A stretch of DNA of 64,000 bases from positions 992,001-1,056,000 of the forward strand of contig NIVC01000006.1 in assembly GCA_002269645.1 (NCBI GenBank). Reading direction: 5' to 3'. Shown here piece after piece: positions 51,656 through 63,832 of the stretch. Each line of letters opens with the position of its first letter. The stretch's first letter is position 1. The DNA is from Macrostomum lignano. Its lineage: Eukaryota. The notes under the pieces were generated by a model. It was not told the DNA's origin, did not search any database, and saw only the letters and a list, made by a program, of their open reading frames with translations. The translations under genes and the position numbers were made by a program.

Positions 51656-52537
51656 TTAGTTGCTTATTCAACTCGGTTCAGTCATTTCTCTTGAGTGCTT
51701 TTAACTACCTGTTATTAACTAAAACTTTTGTATTTCTTAACTGATTTTTATTCTTGTAAATATATACTTAATTGTTACTTCAAGTAGGCATTTAAAAATC
51801 AAGCATATTGCTTTCTAAATTTATCTTATGAAGTTTTTTGCGGCTTTTTAATTATCCCACAGGCGTCTGCATTTGAGTCTATTTAGCTAATTATGCTAGC
51901 TTGCACAGCTCAAATTATTCATTGCATGCTCAATTATACTATAATTGCTTTTTATAAAACTGAACTTTCAATCTTATATCACACTATTTTTTCATGCTTG
52001 TTTTTTACTGTTTTGTATAAAAATTAAATCATTGCGAGCGTCAAATTTAAAGAAGTATTTTTATAATGGCTTTATCAGTGAAGGTAAAAAATGTTTAATA
52101 TTCAGTGCTTCTCTCAGTTCAGTATGTGAATCATTTAGTGTCAGTTACAGGTTTTTTTTCATATTGTTGTGTAACGCTGCACTAACTAGTACCTTTTTAT
52201 ACTTCTTAAAGTAAACACGCTTGATTTGTAGCAAGTAGGAATTTGCGGCGAGCTATAAATGAGTTGACTTTTTCAATTTTTTATTCGCCATTAGCTAATA
52301 TCTGACACTGTATAGGCATTGATAATGCAAAACAATTTATATTTTAAAATAGATTCATTGGCGTATAGTTTTTTCTGCAGTTTCAATCCTCTCGGTCACT
52401 GTTGCAGCTTCCCCTGCGCCTCATCAGACGGTCAGTAATGGCTTTTAATCAGTTAAATTAGATCTACTCTTAGCTACTCATAGTGTAATGGCGTTGCCAT
52501 TGATGATGCTACAATCAAGTTACATAGATATCTGCTT

Positions 52538-52962
52538 AGCTTCCAGTCCAGATGCTATCGTTAGGTTGCATGGACTGCTGGTTAGCTTCCAGTCCAGGTG
52601 CTATCATTAGGTTACATGGACTGCTAATTAGCTTCCAGTCCAGATGCTATCATTAGGTTGCATGGACTGCTGGTAGCTTCCGGTCCAGATGCTATCATTA
52701 GTTTACATGGACTGCTGGTTAGTTTCCAGTCCAGATGCTATCATTAGGTTACATGGACTGCTGTTTAGCTTCCAGTCCAGATGCTATCATTAGGTTACAT
52801 GGACTGCTAATTAGCTTCCAGTCCAGATGCTATCATTAGGTTGCATGGACTACTGGTAGCTTCCGGTCCAGATGCTATCATTAGTTTACATGGACTGCTA
52901 ATTAGCTTCCAGTCCAGATGCTATCATTAGGTTGCATGGACTGCTGGTAGCTTCCGGTCCAG
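52538..52962. repeat. 46-bp hairpin minisatellite upstream of RNFT
   Basis: Unit AGCTTCCAGTCCAGATGCTATCATTAGGTTGCATGGACTGCTGGTT with CAGTCCA/TGGACTG arms. Confidence 0.93.
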
Positions 52963-53048
52963 ATTGCTACATTCAGACAAACAGTTTCCAGTCCAGAATT
53001 TTATAGGTCAAAGACTCCTTTTCAAAGAACACCATCCCCATCCAATTC

Positions 53049-53402
53049 ATGCGTCACCTCGGCCGCAGGATGTCCGCCTCCGACCCGGAGGCCAGAAGCC
53101 TATCGACAACTGGCAGCTCCTCGGCATCAAATCCATCGTCTTTGTCAGTGAATTTGGAGCCATTTTTAGCTCAACTGCCGCACAATATCCATGACAACGC
53201 TGCTAGCAACAACAGTAACTCTTATACGGTTGGCGCCGTCGATGAGAACCCTGCCGACGCTGTGAATGGCGCTCCGGCGCCAAATCCAACAGCTGGTCAA
53301 CAGCAGAACCCGAATCAGGCATTTATTCAAGTCACTAAAGCGGTGCTGCCTTCGCTGCCCTTCATTCTGCTGTTGGCCTTGAAGTTTCTGTACGATCACA
53401 AG
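53049..53402 (+). CDS. RNFT2: RING finger and transmembrane domain protein (RNFT1/2 family) exon 1
   Basis: ...LPSLPFILLLALKFLYDHK matches RNFT LPFILILLAKLVFQHK. Donor AAG|GTGAGA. Start could be 53049 or 53070. RNFT1 versus RNFT2 is not resolvable. Confidence 0.85.
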
Positions 53403-53709
53403 GTGAGAGAGTGCGTGTCTCGGGTTCAGATATGATTACCTTGTAAATAAATATGGAGAGTTACCCATTCCGCTGACCTCTGAGTCACAGACACGCGTTG
53501 TACAGGGGCTCTGACCTGCTCGTCATTATTGAAGTTCGCATACTTGTGTGTATTCTAATTTTACAAGAAAAGTCTTTAAATTATCCCGTTGAAAAACGTT
53601 ACCGTGACAAGAATCGCCTAGAGTCATTGCAAACGATTCAATGGGGCCGGCTCTTGTTACTTTTAAAACGACTCAAACGACTGTAATGCGACGGAGATGC
53701 GACTGTTTG

Positions 53710-54322
53710 GGAGAATTTCACTAGGCCGAAATTTCACTTCGCCGAAAGCATCTTCCTTCACAAGGCCGAAACTTCACAAGGCCGAAACTTCACTAGTCCG
53801 AAACTTCACTTTGCCGAAATGACTAGCACGCTCTTTCATAAGGCCGAAACTAACATTATAACATTAAAGTGAATCTTAGAGCCATGCATTTTCTACGAAT
53901 CGGAATCCAGGCAAATCTGAATGCTTTCAAAGGAGCCATAAAAAACATACAAACACTCTATAACTTAAAAGTCCATCCGACTGAGACAGAAAATGCAATG
54001 AAAATAATAAGCAATCGGAGTTCACCCCCAAATAAAGTCAGAAGTGTCGAAAATATTCCATACAAAAAACTAAGCGACCATATCGTGCTCCCACTTTGGT
54101 AGCAGAGTAACACTTAGGTCAAAATAAAGAAACTGGTGCAGAGAAATCGTCACTGCTTGCGGTTCCATTTTGGGAGGCTTAAGTTCGCATCCCCTTTCGA
54201 CCATAGTAAGAGTTTCGGCCTTTTGAAACAGCGTGCTAGTCATTTCGGCAAAGTGAAGTTTCGGCCAAGTGAAAGAGAGTGCTTTTCGGCAAAGTGAAAT
54301 TTCGGCCTAATGAAAGCGCCCC
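53710..54322. mobile_element. MULE-like foldback element in RNFT intron 1
   Basis: Inverted arms of AGGCCGAAATTTCAC subrepeats; TSD GACTGTTTG (9 bp, readable as 10 bp) at 53701-53709 and 54323-54331. Confidence 0.85.
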
Positions 54323-54510
54323 GACTGTTTGAGTCACGACCGCATCACGTGAGTTGCAGAGTCGTTAAAGTCGCCTAAGAGTCGTTGTGTTACCCCTTAG
54401 CTTTTTACTAAACCCAAGCAGACTAAAAACAGTTTTATAAATGCGAAATGCGATTCTAATTCATAAATTGACGCAGGTGCGCTTTAGTAGACGCAACTCC
54501 AGAGTCTCAG

Positions 54511-55142
54511 GCCCCAGAGTCTCAGGCAATATAAAACGCCTCAAAATTGACTCTTAGACGAATCTTTGACAACATTTTGGCAACTTTTACCGCGACATCT
54601 GGTCGTTTTGGATTCGTCTGGAGTCACTTCTTTCCTCTTTTACCTGTGTTGTTAAACGAGGGTGGGAAGCCGGAGCCCGTATAAAACGAAACGGTCACAA
54701 GCGTTACAGACCACGGTAACAAGGGGAACGGTCACAGCCCCTTTTTGTGACCGTTTCGTTTTATACGGGGAGGCTACCCGCGGATCAGCCCTGGGAGGGG
54801 CTCTGCCGCTGAGGGGCACTACCAGGGGCCTAAGCCCGAGATACCCACATGATTGGTCCCCGACGTCTAGGCCAGGAGGAATTTTGGAGCTACTAACCCA
54901 AACCTATGGTACAAGACACCGCCAACCCCAAAAGTGGAATCAGGGACGGTGCTAGGACCGAGTCCAGTCCACCCAGGCCAGCCCCCAGCAGACAAGTCCT
55001 CGGGAGTGCGCGAAAAAACAGAATTGGAAATGAAAATGTTGGGTATACTACTGAAAGCCGTCCAAGAGCGGGGAAACCCAGAAGTCTTGGAATAGGGCTT
55101 AACTATTGGAGTGAACTGTGTTACCTGCAACGACTCTGGGGC
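54511..55142. mobile_element. GCCCCAGAGTC-family element with internal insertion
   Basis: Inverted termini GCCCCAGAGTC / GACTCTGGGGC; homologous to 23708-23821 and 48040-48150. Confidence 0.6.
54676..54769. mobile_element. 94-bp miniature element with perfect 25-bp TIRs
   Basis: CCCGTATAAAACGAAACGGTCACAA / TTGTGACCGTTTCGTTTTATACGGG, flanked by GAG on both sides (possible 3-bp TSD). Confidence 0.65.
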
Positions 55143-55377
55143 AACGCAAGTCACTCTGGGACGCTTCTCGGCCTATGTACTGTTCACATCAGTTTTGTAC
55201 ATGACCTTGAAATAAATTAAGCAGAGGTGCAAGCTGAGATAATTGATATTGAAGCTGAGAGATGCATTAAATAATCTATAGGTGGAAAATGAATTGAACT
55301 CGGGGTACTTTGAAGAGAGTCAGACGCGTGTCAATTTATTGAACTAGCCAAGCCCGATACAACGCCCCCAAACCAAG

Positions 55378-55899
55378 GTCGGACTGCTGCTGTTTGTCTG
55401 CCTCTGGCTGCTGTTCGCCAAATGCAACGAAGGCGTCACAAAGCTGATCAGTCGGAGTCGAGCGCCAGTTGTTAACCTGGCAGCCTCCTCTGGGGCCTCG
55501 CATCGCAGACAAGCCGCCTGTCTGTGCTTAGTTTGCCTAGCAACTGTGCTTCTAGTTATTTACCTCTTCAAAGAGCAGTCATTGTGGCTCAGTCTGATTT
55601 GTTTGCCACCAAATTTGCAAACCTACGGCTTCTGGAGCCTGCTGTTCACCGTGACTGTCGCTGATATGCTGCTAAAGTTTGTTGTCATGTCGATTAAACT
55701 GTCGGCTGTCTGCTTACTGTCTGACAGGCTGTCTTGCGTGTCGCTAACTCGGATTTATTTAATAGTGGAACGATTCTATCAGCTGTACAGACAGTTTGTC
55801 CCCATCGGAGTCTGGTATGTCACTCTCGTGTCTGGCGGCGGAGCCGACTCCTCACGTATCTACACCAGCCTGCTAGTGATTGCCTATGCCATTTTTAAA
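55378..55899 (+). CDS. RNFT2: RNFT exon 2 (transmembrane region)
   Basis: Acceptor accaag|GTC. LFTVTVADMLLKFVVMSIK...YQLYRQFVPIGVWY...AYAIFK aligns to RNFT LWIVGIADFVLKYITIALK...LFRSLVPIQLWY...LYSLCK. Donor AAA|GTGAGT. Confidence 0.9.
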
Positions 55900-56035
55900 G
55901 TGAGTTCTGCTTACTGCTTTTACGTTAGTTTATTTTTAATTTTTTTGTTTTTAATTTTGATAACAGTAACTGTTGTTTCCGAGTACACCTGCATTGATTA
56001 GTGATATCCACTATAAACTCTGCGTCTGCTCCAAT

Positions 56036-56665
56036 CCCCCCAGCCGTCTGCACCAACCCCCCAGCCATCTTAACCAATCCCCTAGCCGTCTGCACCAACC
56101 CCCCAGCCGTCTGCACCAACCTCAGCCATGTTCACCAATACCCTAGCCGTTTGCATCAACCCCCCCCAGCCGTCTGCACCAACCCCCAGCCGTTTGCACC
56201 AACCCCCCCCCCCAGCCGTTTGCACCAACCCCCCCCCCAGCTGTCTGCACCAACCCCCCAGCCATCTTAACCAATCCCCCAGCCGTCTGCACCAACCCCC
56301 AGCCGTTTGCACCACCCCCCCAGCCGTTTGCACCAACCCCCCCCAGCTGTCTGCACCAACCCCCCAGCCATCTTAACCAATCCCCCAATCCCCTAGCCGT
56401 CTGCACCAACCCCCCAGCCATCTTAACCAATCCCCTAGCCGTCTGCACCAACCCCCCCCAGCTGTCTGCACCAACCCCCCAGCCATCTTAACCAATCCCC
56501 TAGCCGTCTGCACCAACCCCCAGCCATCTTAACCAATCCCCTAGCCGTCTGCACCAACCCCCCAGCCATCTTAACCAAACCCCCAGTCGTCTGCACCAAC
56601 CCCCAGCCATCTTCACCAACCCCCAGCCATCTTCACCAACCCCCAGTCGTCTGCACCAACCCCCG
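56036..56665. repeat. About 20-bp C-rich minisatellite in RNFT intron 2
   Basis: Unit CAGCCGTCTGCACCAACCCC. Confidence 0.93.
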
Positions 56666-56773
56666 GCTTTTATAATATTTATGTTTATTATTTAAGGCAA
56701 CTTTTATCTAAGGTAAACCAACTACTGAGAGTAGCATCTATACCTAGCAATAACAACATCTCCCCCCGGGCAG

Positions 56774-57115
56774 GTGCACAGCCTCTATACCTCGGCTATA
56801 CCGCTAGTCAAGATCCTGGCCAACCTAATCCAAACCCCAACGCTATTCGGCAATAATACCGCTCAATCGTCAACTAAGAGCTCCGACACCGGTAGTTGCT
56901 CCGACTCGAACGAGTGCCCGATCTGTCGCGAGCTGATGCGCGGTCCAGTTAGACTGGCCTGCCAGCACGCCTTCTGTCTGGACTGCCTGCTGCGCTGGCT
57001 GGCGCAGTCGCGAACCTGCCCGATGTGCCGTCAGGCTGTGGCGCCACCAGTGGACGGCCAGGACGCTCTGGCCTGGCTAGATGGCTCCACTACATCCGGG
57101 TTGCAGATCTACTGA
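56774..57115 (+). CDS. RNFT2: RNFT exon 3 (RING domain, terminal)
   Basis: CPICRELMRGPVRLACQHAFCLDCLLRWLAQSRTCPMCR, ending WLDGSTTSGLQIY* (RNFT: WKDGATSAHFQVY). Confidence 0.93.
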   Translation: MHSLYTSAIPLVKILANLIQTPTLFGNNTAQSSTKSSDTGSCSDSNECPICRELMRGPVRLACQHAFCLDCLLRWLAQSRTCPMCRQAVAPPVDGQDALAWLDGSTTSGLQIY

Positions 57116-57219
57116 CTTACGGTTGGAGTTCTAGGCAAAAAACATGGCCTATTGCTAAATGGCCCATTTTTTGTGAAATGCTTAATTTGTTTTTTTTTAA
57201 AGTTTATTGTCGCTAAATT

Positions 57220-57500
57220 TACCTGAGCTCAAAGACTCACCTGAGCTCAAAGACTCACCTAAGCTCAAAGACTCACCTGAGCTCAAAGACTCACCTAAGC
57301 TCAAAGACTCACCTGAGCTCAAAGACTCACCTGAGCTCAAAGACTCACCTAAGCTCAAAGACTCACCTGAGCTCAAAGACTCACCTGAGCTCAAAGACTC
57401 ACCTGAGCTCAAAGACTCACCTAAGCTCAAAGACTCACCTGAGCTCCAAGACTCCCTGAGCTCAAAGACTCGCCTGAGCTCAAAGACTCACCTGAGCTCC
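57220..57500. repeat. 18-bp minisatellite 3' of RNFT
   Basis: Unit CACCTGAGCTCAAAGACT. Confidence 0.95.
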
Positions 57501-58491
57501 AGGATCAAGCCCAAAAAGTATTCCACAGAGACTTAAGTGTCGCCTGAAGTTTCTGTTGCTTTATCTAGATCCTTTTTATTTCACTTATTGCCCATTGTAT
57601 CCTCCTCAAAACGAACTGATATTCAGTCAGAGCCTTGAGGTTTCAAATCGATTTATCAGCTTATTAACATGTTTAATTTTTTGTTTGATGATTTTTATCT
57701 GTACCAGTTTAATTTTTAAAAAGCAAAAATATAATAAATCAAACTTTTGTTTTAAAAGCAACCAATATTTGTGCTGTATTTCTGACGGTAGCATGGTGAA
57801 GTGTTTTTACATCGAATATTCATCGCTAAGTTTTTAATTTAAATTCCTATTATTTTTTTCAGAACTTAGTATTTATCAAAATTAAATTGCTGTACATTGT
57901 CTTCTGTTTTGTCTTCTTCTGTGTTCCAAAGTTTTTTCACTAACCTCTGCTTGTTAATAGAAGGTTATATTGTTTTCATTCTATTCAGAGAATTGTTGCA
58001 AGATCAGAGATTAAACTATTTTTATTGGTTGTTGGTCAGAATTTTTTTAATTGTTTGTTTCTTGTTGATTTATTTTAGTTTTAATGATGAATGCAGTAGG
58101 CTATTTTAGTATTGAATAAGTTTTGCGACCTTAATCTAGTTTTGCACAGGAAAAATCGGTTTTTTATTCTTGCCAGTTGCCAGTCAAAGTACTTTATAAC
58201 AGGTGTTCCTGGTCGATCATGGACTCCCAGTTTTAGCAAAGATACTAGAATAACTCGCAGTTAACGTTGTGAAGTATGAAAAAGTAGAGCGTCTACTCTG
58301 TGTTCAGTAGTTCGTCTGCACAGTGTCACTTATAAATTTAATATAACAGTTAAAATTTCTTTTTTCCTCAGGATTTGCAGCCTCAGGAGTATGTGGGGTT
58401 AAGAATGAACAACAAGCATTTAACTTAATGTGCAAAAGTGAACGCAAAACGGACGAAACTCAGCTTAGGGGCGAGCGAGGCAGACCCAAAA

Positions 58492-58797
58492 ATGATATAT
58501 AACAACTGGATTGTCAAACTACTCTATCTATAAGGGTTGAATATGCCTAAAATGTGACTCGCCAAACCCCTGCTTCCAGCTCATTGGCTGCTATTTTTAG
58601 CTCACTTGCTATGCCGACCTATGTAAAAACATTGCCTGGTGGTTAGAAAACTAGCTAGGACGGGTGTGTTTGCAAGGTTTTTTTTCTTCCTAGTGTATTT
58701 AAAACCCTCCAGCCAATGAGCATAAAAGAGGGGATTTGCGGGTCAAAATTTAAACATGCTTTAGCGCCAGTCTGACAATCCAGTTGTTATATATCAT
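58492..58797. mobile_element. Insert bounded by perfect 25-bp inverted repeats
   Basis: ATGATATATAACAACTGGATTGTCA / TGACAATCCAGTTGTTATATATCAT; interrupts a unit of the adjacent 80-bp array. TSD not clear. Confidence 0.6.
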
Positions 58798-58804
58798 CCT
58801 CGGG

Positions 58805-59305
58805 CCCAATCTAGCTCAGCCAATGAGAGAGCAGTAAGGAGAGAGGTCAAAGTCAGACGGACGAAACGCAGCCTAGGGGACAGGCGCAATCTAGCTCAGC
58901 CAATGAGAGAGCAGTAAGAAGAGAAGTCAAAGTCAGACGGACGAAACGCAGCCTAGGGGACAGGCGCAATCTAGCTCAGCCAATGAGAGAGAAGTAAGAA
59001 GAGAAGTCAAAGTCAGACGGACGAAAATCAGCCTAGGGGGTAGGCCCAATCTGGCTCAGCCAATGAGAGAGCTGTAAGGAGAGAGGTGAAAGTCAGACGG
59101 ACGAAACTCAGCCTAGGGGACAGGCGCAATCAAGCTCAGCCAATGAGAGAGAAGAAAGGAAAGAGGTCAAAGTCAGACAGACGAAAATCAGCCTAGGGGG
59201 CAGGCCCAATCTGGCTCAGCCAATAAGAAAGCAAAAAGGATAGAGGTGAAAGTCAGACGGATGAAAATCAGCCTAGGGGGCAGGCCCAATCTGGCTCAGC
59301 CAATT
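58805..59305. repeat. 80-bp tandem repeat with one CCAAT box per unit
   Basis: Unit CAGCCAATGAGAGAG...CAGCCTAGGGG.CAGGCxCAATCTxGCT, about 6 copies, ending about 60 bp before the ADPGK acceptor. Confidence 0.9.
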
Positions 59306-59366
59306 CGTTCCGTTAGTTTTTCAATACCCAACGCCACGCCACGCTCGCCCCCGCTCTTTTTTCCAG

Positions 59367-59692
59367 GGCAACCCGCAGCGCCTGCTATGCTGGGCAGTGG
59401 CCGCGGCCTTGCTAGCCTTTCTCGCCTCCTATTGGCTGACGGGCCATCAGCTGGCCAGCCAATCAGTGGAGGCCGTGGCCAAGGCGGCAGCCTTAACCGC
59501 CAGTTCGCTATCTCGCGTAGCCAGCAGCGCTGATAACAGACGGTCGGATCATTCCAGGCGAGCCAGGGTTGCCGTCGGTCTCGGGGCCAATGTTGACGTT
59601 CGAGCCAGTTCCGATCGCTTCTTGGCGTTGCTGGCTGCTCACGGAGGCGCTGCCATGGCAACAAAGGATGCAAGTAACAAACGGATTGATCG
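59367..59692 (+). CDS. ADPGK: ADP-dependent glucokinase-like protein, first visible coding exon (no genomic ATG at its start)
   Basis: Acceptor ctcttttttccag|GGC. Hydrophobic anchor LLCWAVAAALLAFLASYW, then RVAVGLGANVDV (ADPGK RVAVGVNACVDV). Donor CG|GTAAAA. Confidence 0.8.
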
Positions 59693-59861
59693 GTAAAATT
59701 CAAAAGTTTCTTTTTTATCTTTAAAAACGCTAATTTTGCTACTGAAACTGAAGTAAAAATAAACGCATATTTTTGCAAGTAGCATATCTAAATATTCTAG
59801 TATGTGGGGACTGGACAAACTAAAAGAACTTCCCCACACCGCCACACATCCGCCGTCGCAG

Positions 59862-60200
59862 GCTTAAAACTGCCTCCGACATTGTGGCGGATTTTCAACA
59901 GCGTTCGTCGGGCCGTCAGCCGGCCTCTGAGCGGCACCTTCACAATGCCAGCCTGTTTGCCGCTCTGGTCGCTGACTTGACGGCCGCTGGTGGCGTCCGC
60001 GGCAGCCAGCACCATCACCGGGTGTCTCTGGGCGGATGCCCTGTTCGCCTGGCCAACTCACTGGCCGGCTTCGGCTTTGAGGTGCTGCTCGGGGCTGGCC
60101 GGGCGGCCGGGCGCATGCGGGACCGGCTGGCCGAGGGAGTCTCGCTTGCTGCCGCTGCGGCCGAGACCAAAGACTCGGCTGTGGATGTGGATGAGTACCG
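59862..60200 (+). CDS. ADPGK: ADPGK-like exon 2
   Basis: ASERH (AAERF), LGGCPVRLA (VGGNAALIG), VLLG, DVDEYR (EVDEFH). Phase-2 junctions on both sides. Confidence 0.85.
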
Positions 60201-60209
60201 GTGAGCTGC

Positions 60210-61265
<1,056 letters not shown>

Positions 61266-61320
61266 CGCCTGGCTGCATTAGAATTCCACCAGAGCAGGAA
61301 CCCCATCGCCATCCCCTCAG

Positions 61321-61875
61321 GCTGCTAGTGGAGCAAGCCGACCCCGTCACAGGCGCGCACAGCTGGTACGCCCTCCGCCGGAGTCAGTGGAACGCTCAGC
61401 TGTCCAGCTTGCGCTCGTTTCAGTCCCGCATGGAGCAGTTCCAGCCAGACCTTCTCGTGCTGGCGGGCCTTCAGGCCATCCACGACCACCCGCAGTCTGC
61501 CGGACTGCTGCGCGATCGCCTGTCCAGCTTGGTGGAGTTCCTCACCGCCAGCGGCCGAGTGAAGACCCACCTGCGGCTGCCTCCGCTGCCGTCGGACGAG
61601 CCGAAGTTCGCTCAGCTGATGCTGGAGTTCGCGATGCCCTACGCTGACTCGCTGTTCCTCGATGGCCGCGGCCTGGTGGCTCTGCTGGGCGCCATGGAGA
61701 CTGGAAATCCGCCAGCTGTACCGGTTGAACCAGCGACTGTCACCGTCGGCCTGGACCTGCTCCGCCGGTTGTACAGCGTGCTGCGAACTACTTCGGTGAT
61801 GAATGGGCGCAGGAAAGTCAGCCGGCTGCACCTGCGGAGTCGGCTGGGATATCAGGCTTTGCTGGTGACTCACAG
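61321..61875 (+). CDS. ADPGK: ADPGK-like exon 3
   Basis: MEQFQPDLLVLAGLQ matches LEEFQPDLVVLSGLH; also VSRLHLRS. Acceptor ccctcag|G, donor AG|GTGAGG. Confidence 0.88.
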
Positions 61876-61914
61876 GTGAGGCATTAGTGGCTTGATTTAT
61901 GACTCACAGGTCTG

Positions 61915-62029
61915 GTAACTGACTGACTAACTAAATAACTAACTAACTAACTAACTTACTAACTAACTAACTAACTAACTGACTAACTAACTGACTAACT
62001 AACTAACTGACTAACTAACTAACTAACTG

Positions 62030-62068
<39 letters not shown>

Positions 62069-62150
62069 GACTGACTGACTGGCTAACTAACTAACTAACT
62101 GACTGACTAATTAGCTAACTAACTGACTGACTAACTAACTAGCTAACTAT
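61915..62150. repeat. (CTAA)n/(CTGA)n microsatellite in ADPGK intron 3
   Basis: Array ends about 25 nt before the acceptor at 62175. Confidence 0.95.
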
Positions 62151-62175
62151 CTCTCACACCCTCACTAATTCACAG

Positions 62176-62638
62176 AGCCGGCTGGCCTGACCCGGAATCG
62201 GCAGTTGCCGCCGCCTCTCTGGCTGCCTATCGTGCCGCCTGTGGTCGCCATGACGACACCGAAGCCAGCTACAATAGCGTCAGCAATCTTCAAAGTCGTC
62301 GCCGTATTCACCCGCGCCTGCTGGGCGACAGCCTGCCTAGCAACGCAGCTGTCAGTCCCAACTTTGGCTTCGGCTTTGCCAAAAGCAGCGAGCCGGATTT
62401 CTTCGACAACTGGCTGGCTTTGAATGCCACTCGGCCGGTGGGCTGCTGGACCGAGTCGCCGGATTTCACCGTCTGCCTGTCGCTGGCGCCGACTTGCGTT
62501 GGCGGCCACGGCGGCGGCGGCGGCGGAGGCACCGCGGCTATCGCTGCAGGCGATGCCTCGTTTGCCGCGGAGGCTGCGGCGCTGGCGGCCCAGCTGGGAC
62601 CAGCGGAGCCGATCGTGTTTCAGCCGCCTGGAGGCTGA
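62176..62638 (+). CDS. ADPGK: ADPGK-like exon 4, terminal
   Basis: AGWPDPESAVAAASLAAYRAACG ([22 protein letters not shown]) and TAAIAAGDASFAAE (TVGLGDAISAE). TGA at 62636-62638. Confidence 0.82.
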
Positions 62639-62709
62639 ACTTTAATATTCCACTCTGCTGCGTTAACTGTATCACTTTAGTCTGTAAAATTCTGCTGTAA
62701 CTTCTAGTT

Positions 62710-62931
62710 AATAATATATATTAAAAAGTCAGCTCAGCCGCAGCTATTGCGTGGCGCATCCTGGAGGCTGCGTACGGCCACAACCACCCTCAATTACCCA
62801 TTTTACAGCTGGTTGAACTGAAGCAATGCAGAGTTGAACGTGTCTTGCTCGGGGACACAAATTGTTCCGAGTGGGTCGGGAATCGAACCCCCGACCATTC
62901 AGTCTACAGTCTACCACTAGGCTACAGTCCC
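62710..62931 (-). mobile_element. tRNA-derived CORE-type SINE, copy 2
   Basis: Collinear with 14666-14970: CAGCTCAGCCGCAGCTATTGC...CCCATTTTACAGC...GAACTGAAGCAATGCAGAGTT...GGGAATCGAACC. Confidence 0.85.
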
Positions 62932-63832
62932 CTTTTTATAAGTTCCCTAGTTAGAAACTAAATCGAATTCAGATTAGGATTCAAGGACTACTTAAGTAGA
63001 AGGACGGGAAATCTCGTTTCTTTTAAAATTGTAGTACGCAGTACGCAGAAATCGCGTGTTTAAAATGGGGTTCCTTTTTGCATCTGTAAGCAGTCCCTAC
63101 TTGTGAGCTAACTAACTACGGTAAGTAGTATAAGCAGCATTTGAAACTTGCGCAGTTAAAGTTTACAGGCAATGCTTTGAGATTCTGTTGTTGTTGTATA
63201 TTCTACTGTTTTATCTGTTTAGTGAGTAGGATGTACTTTTTATAAATTGAATAATGCGTTTTTTATCTTACGATCCCAGTTCTTTACGACTATAAGCGAT
63301 TATGTTGACTTGTAAAAGTTGTCAGTTCCTTCCTTCAAATAGCTTTTTTATCTATTCATTATTTCTATATTTAGTAATTCAATACATATCTGTGTAATGT
63401 TTATGCAACTATCAACATCTTTCTGGCATATACGAGCTAAATGTAATAAAAACGGCTTGAAATTTTTTTAACGCCAAAGCTGTTTATCGGCTGTCATGCA
63501 TTCCAACTAAGCTGAGATTAAATATTGATTGCTCTTAAATCCATTCCTTTTTTCCTCATGGTCACATGAGACTAAACGTCTTCATCCCAAGTTGACTTTC
63601 TGGACTCAAAATAATTGGCATGACAGCTTTGGACGAGTTAAGTGTGTGTACTTTTGGCTTAGCAACTAATGTCTTCTACAGCTTCTGTCTGTGGCCCTTA
63701 CCTCCCCCCTCACTAGGCAGTTAGGCAGTGAGAAATCTTTTCTGCAGTCAAAGGCAAAACTTTACGCTGCCAATCTATTTGCTTGAAAGCCATCCATTTC
63801 GAAGGCGACTTCGGCTAATTTGATAACACAGG

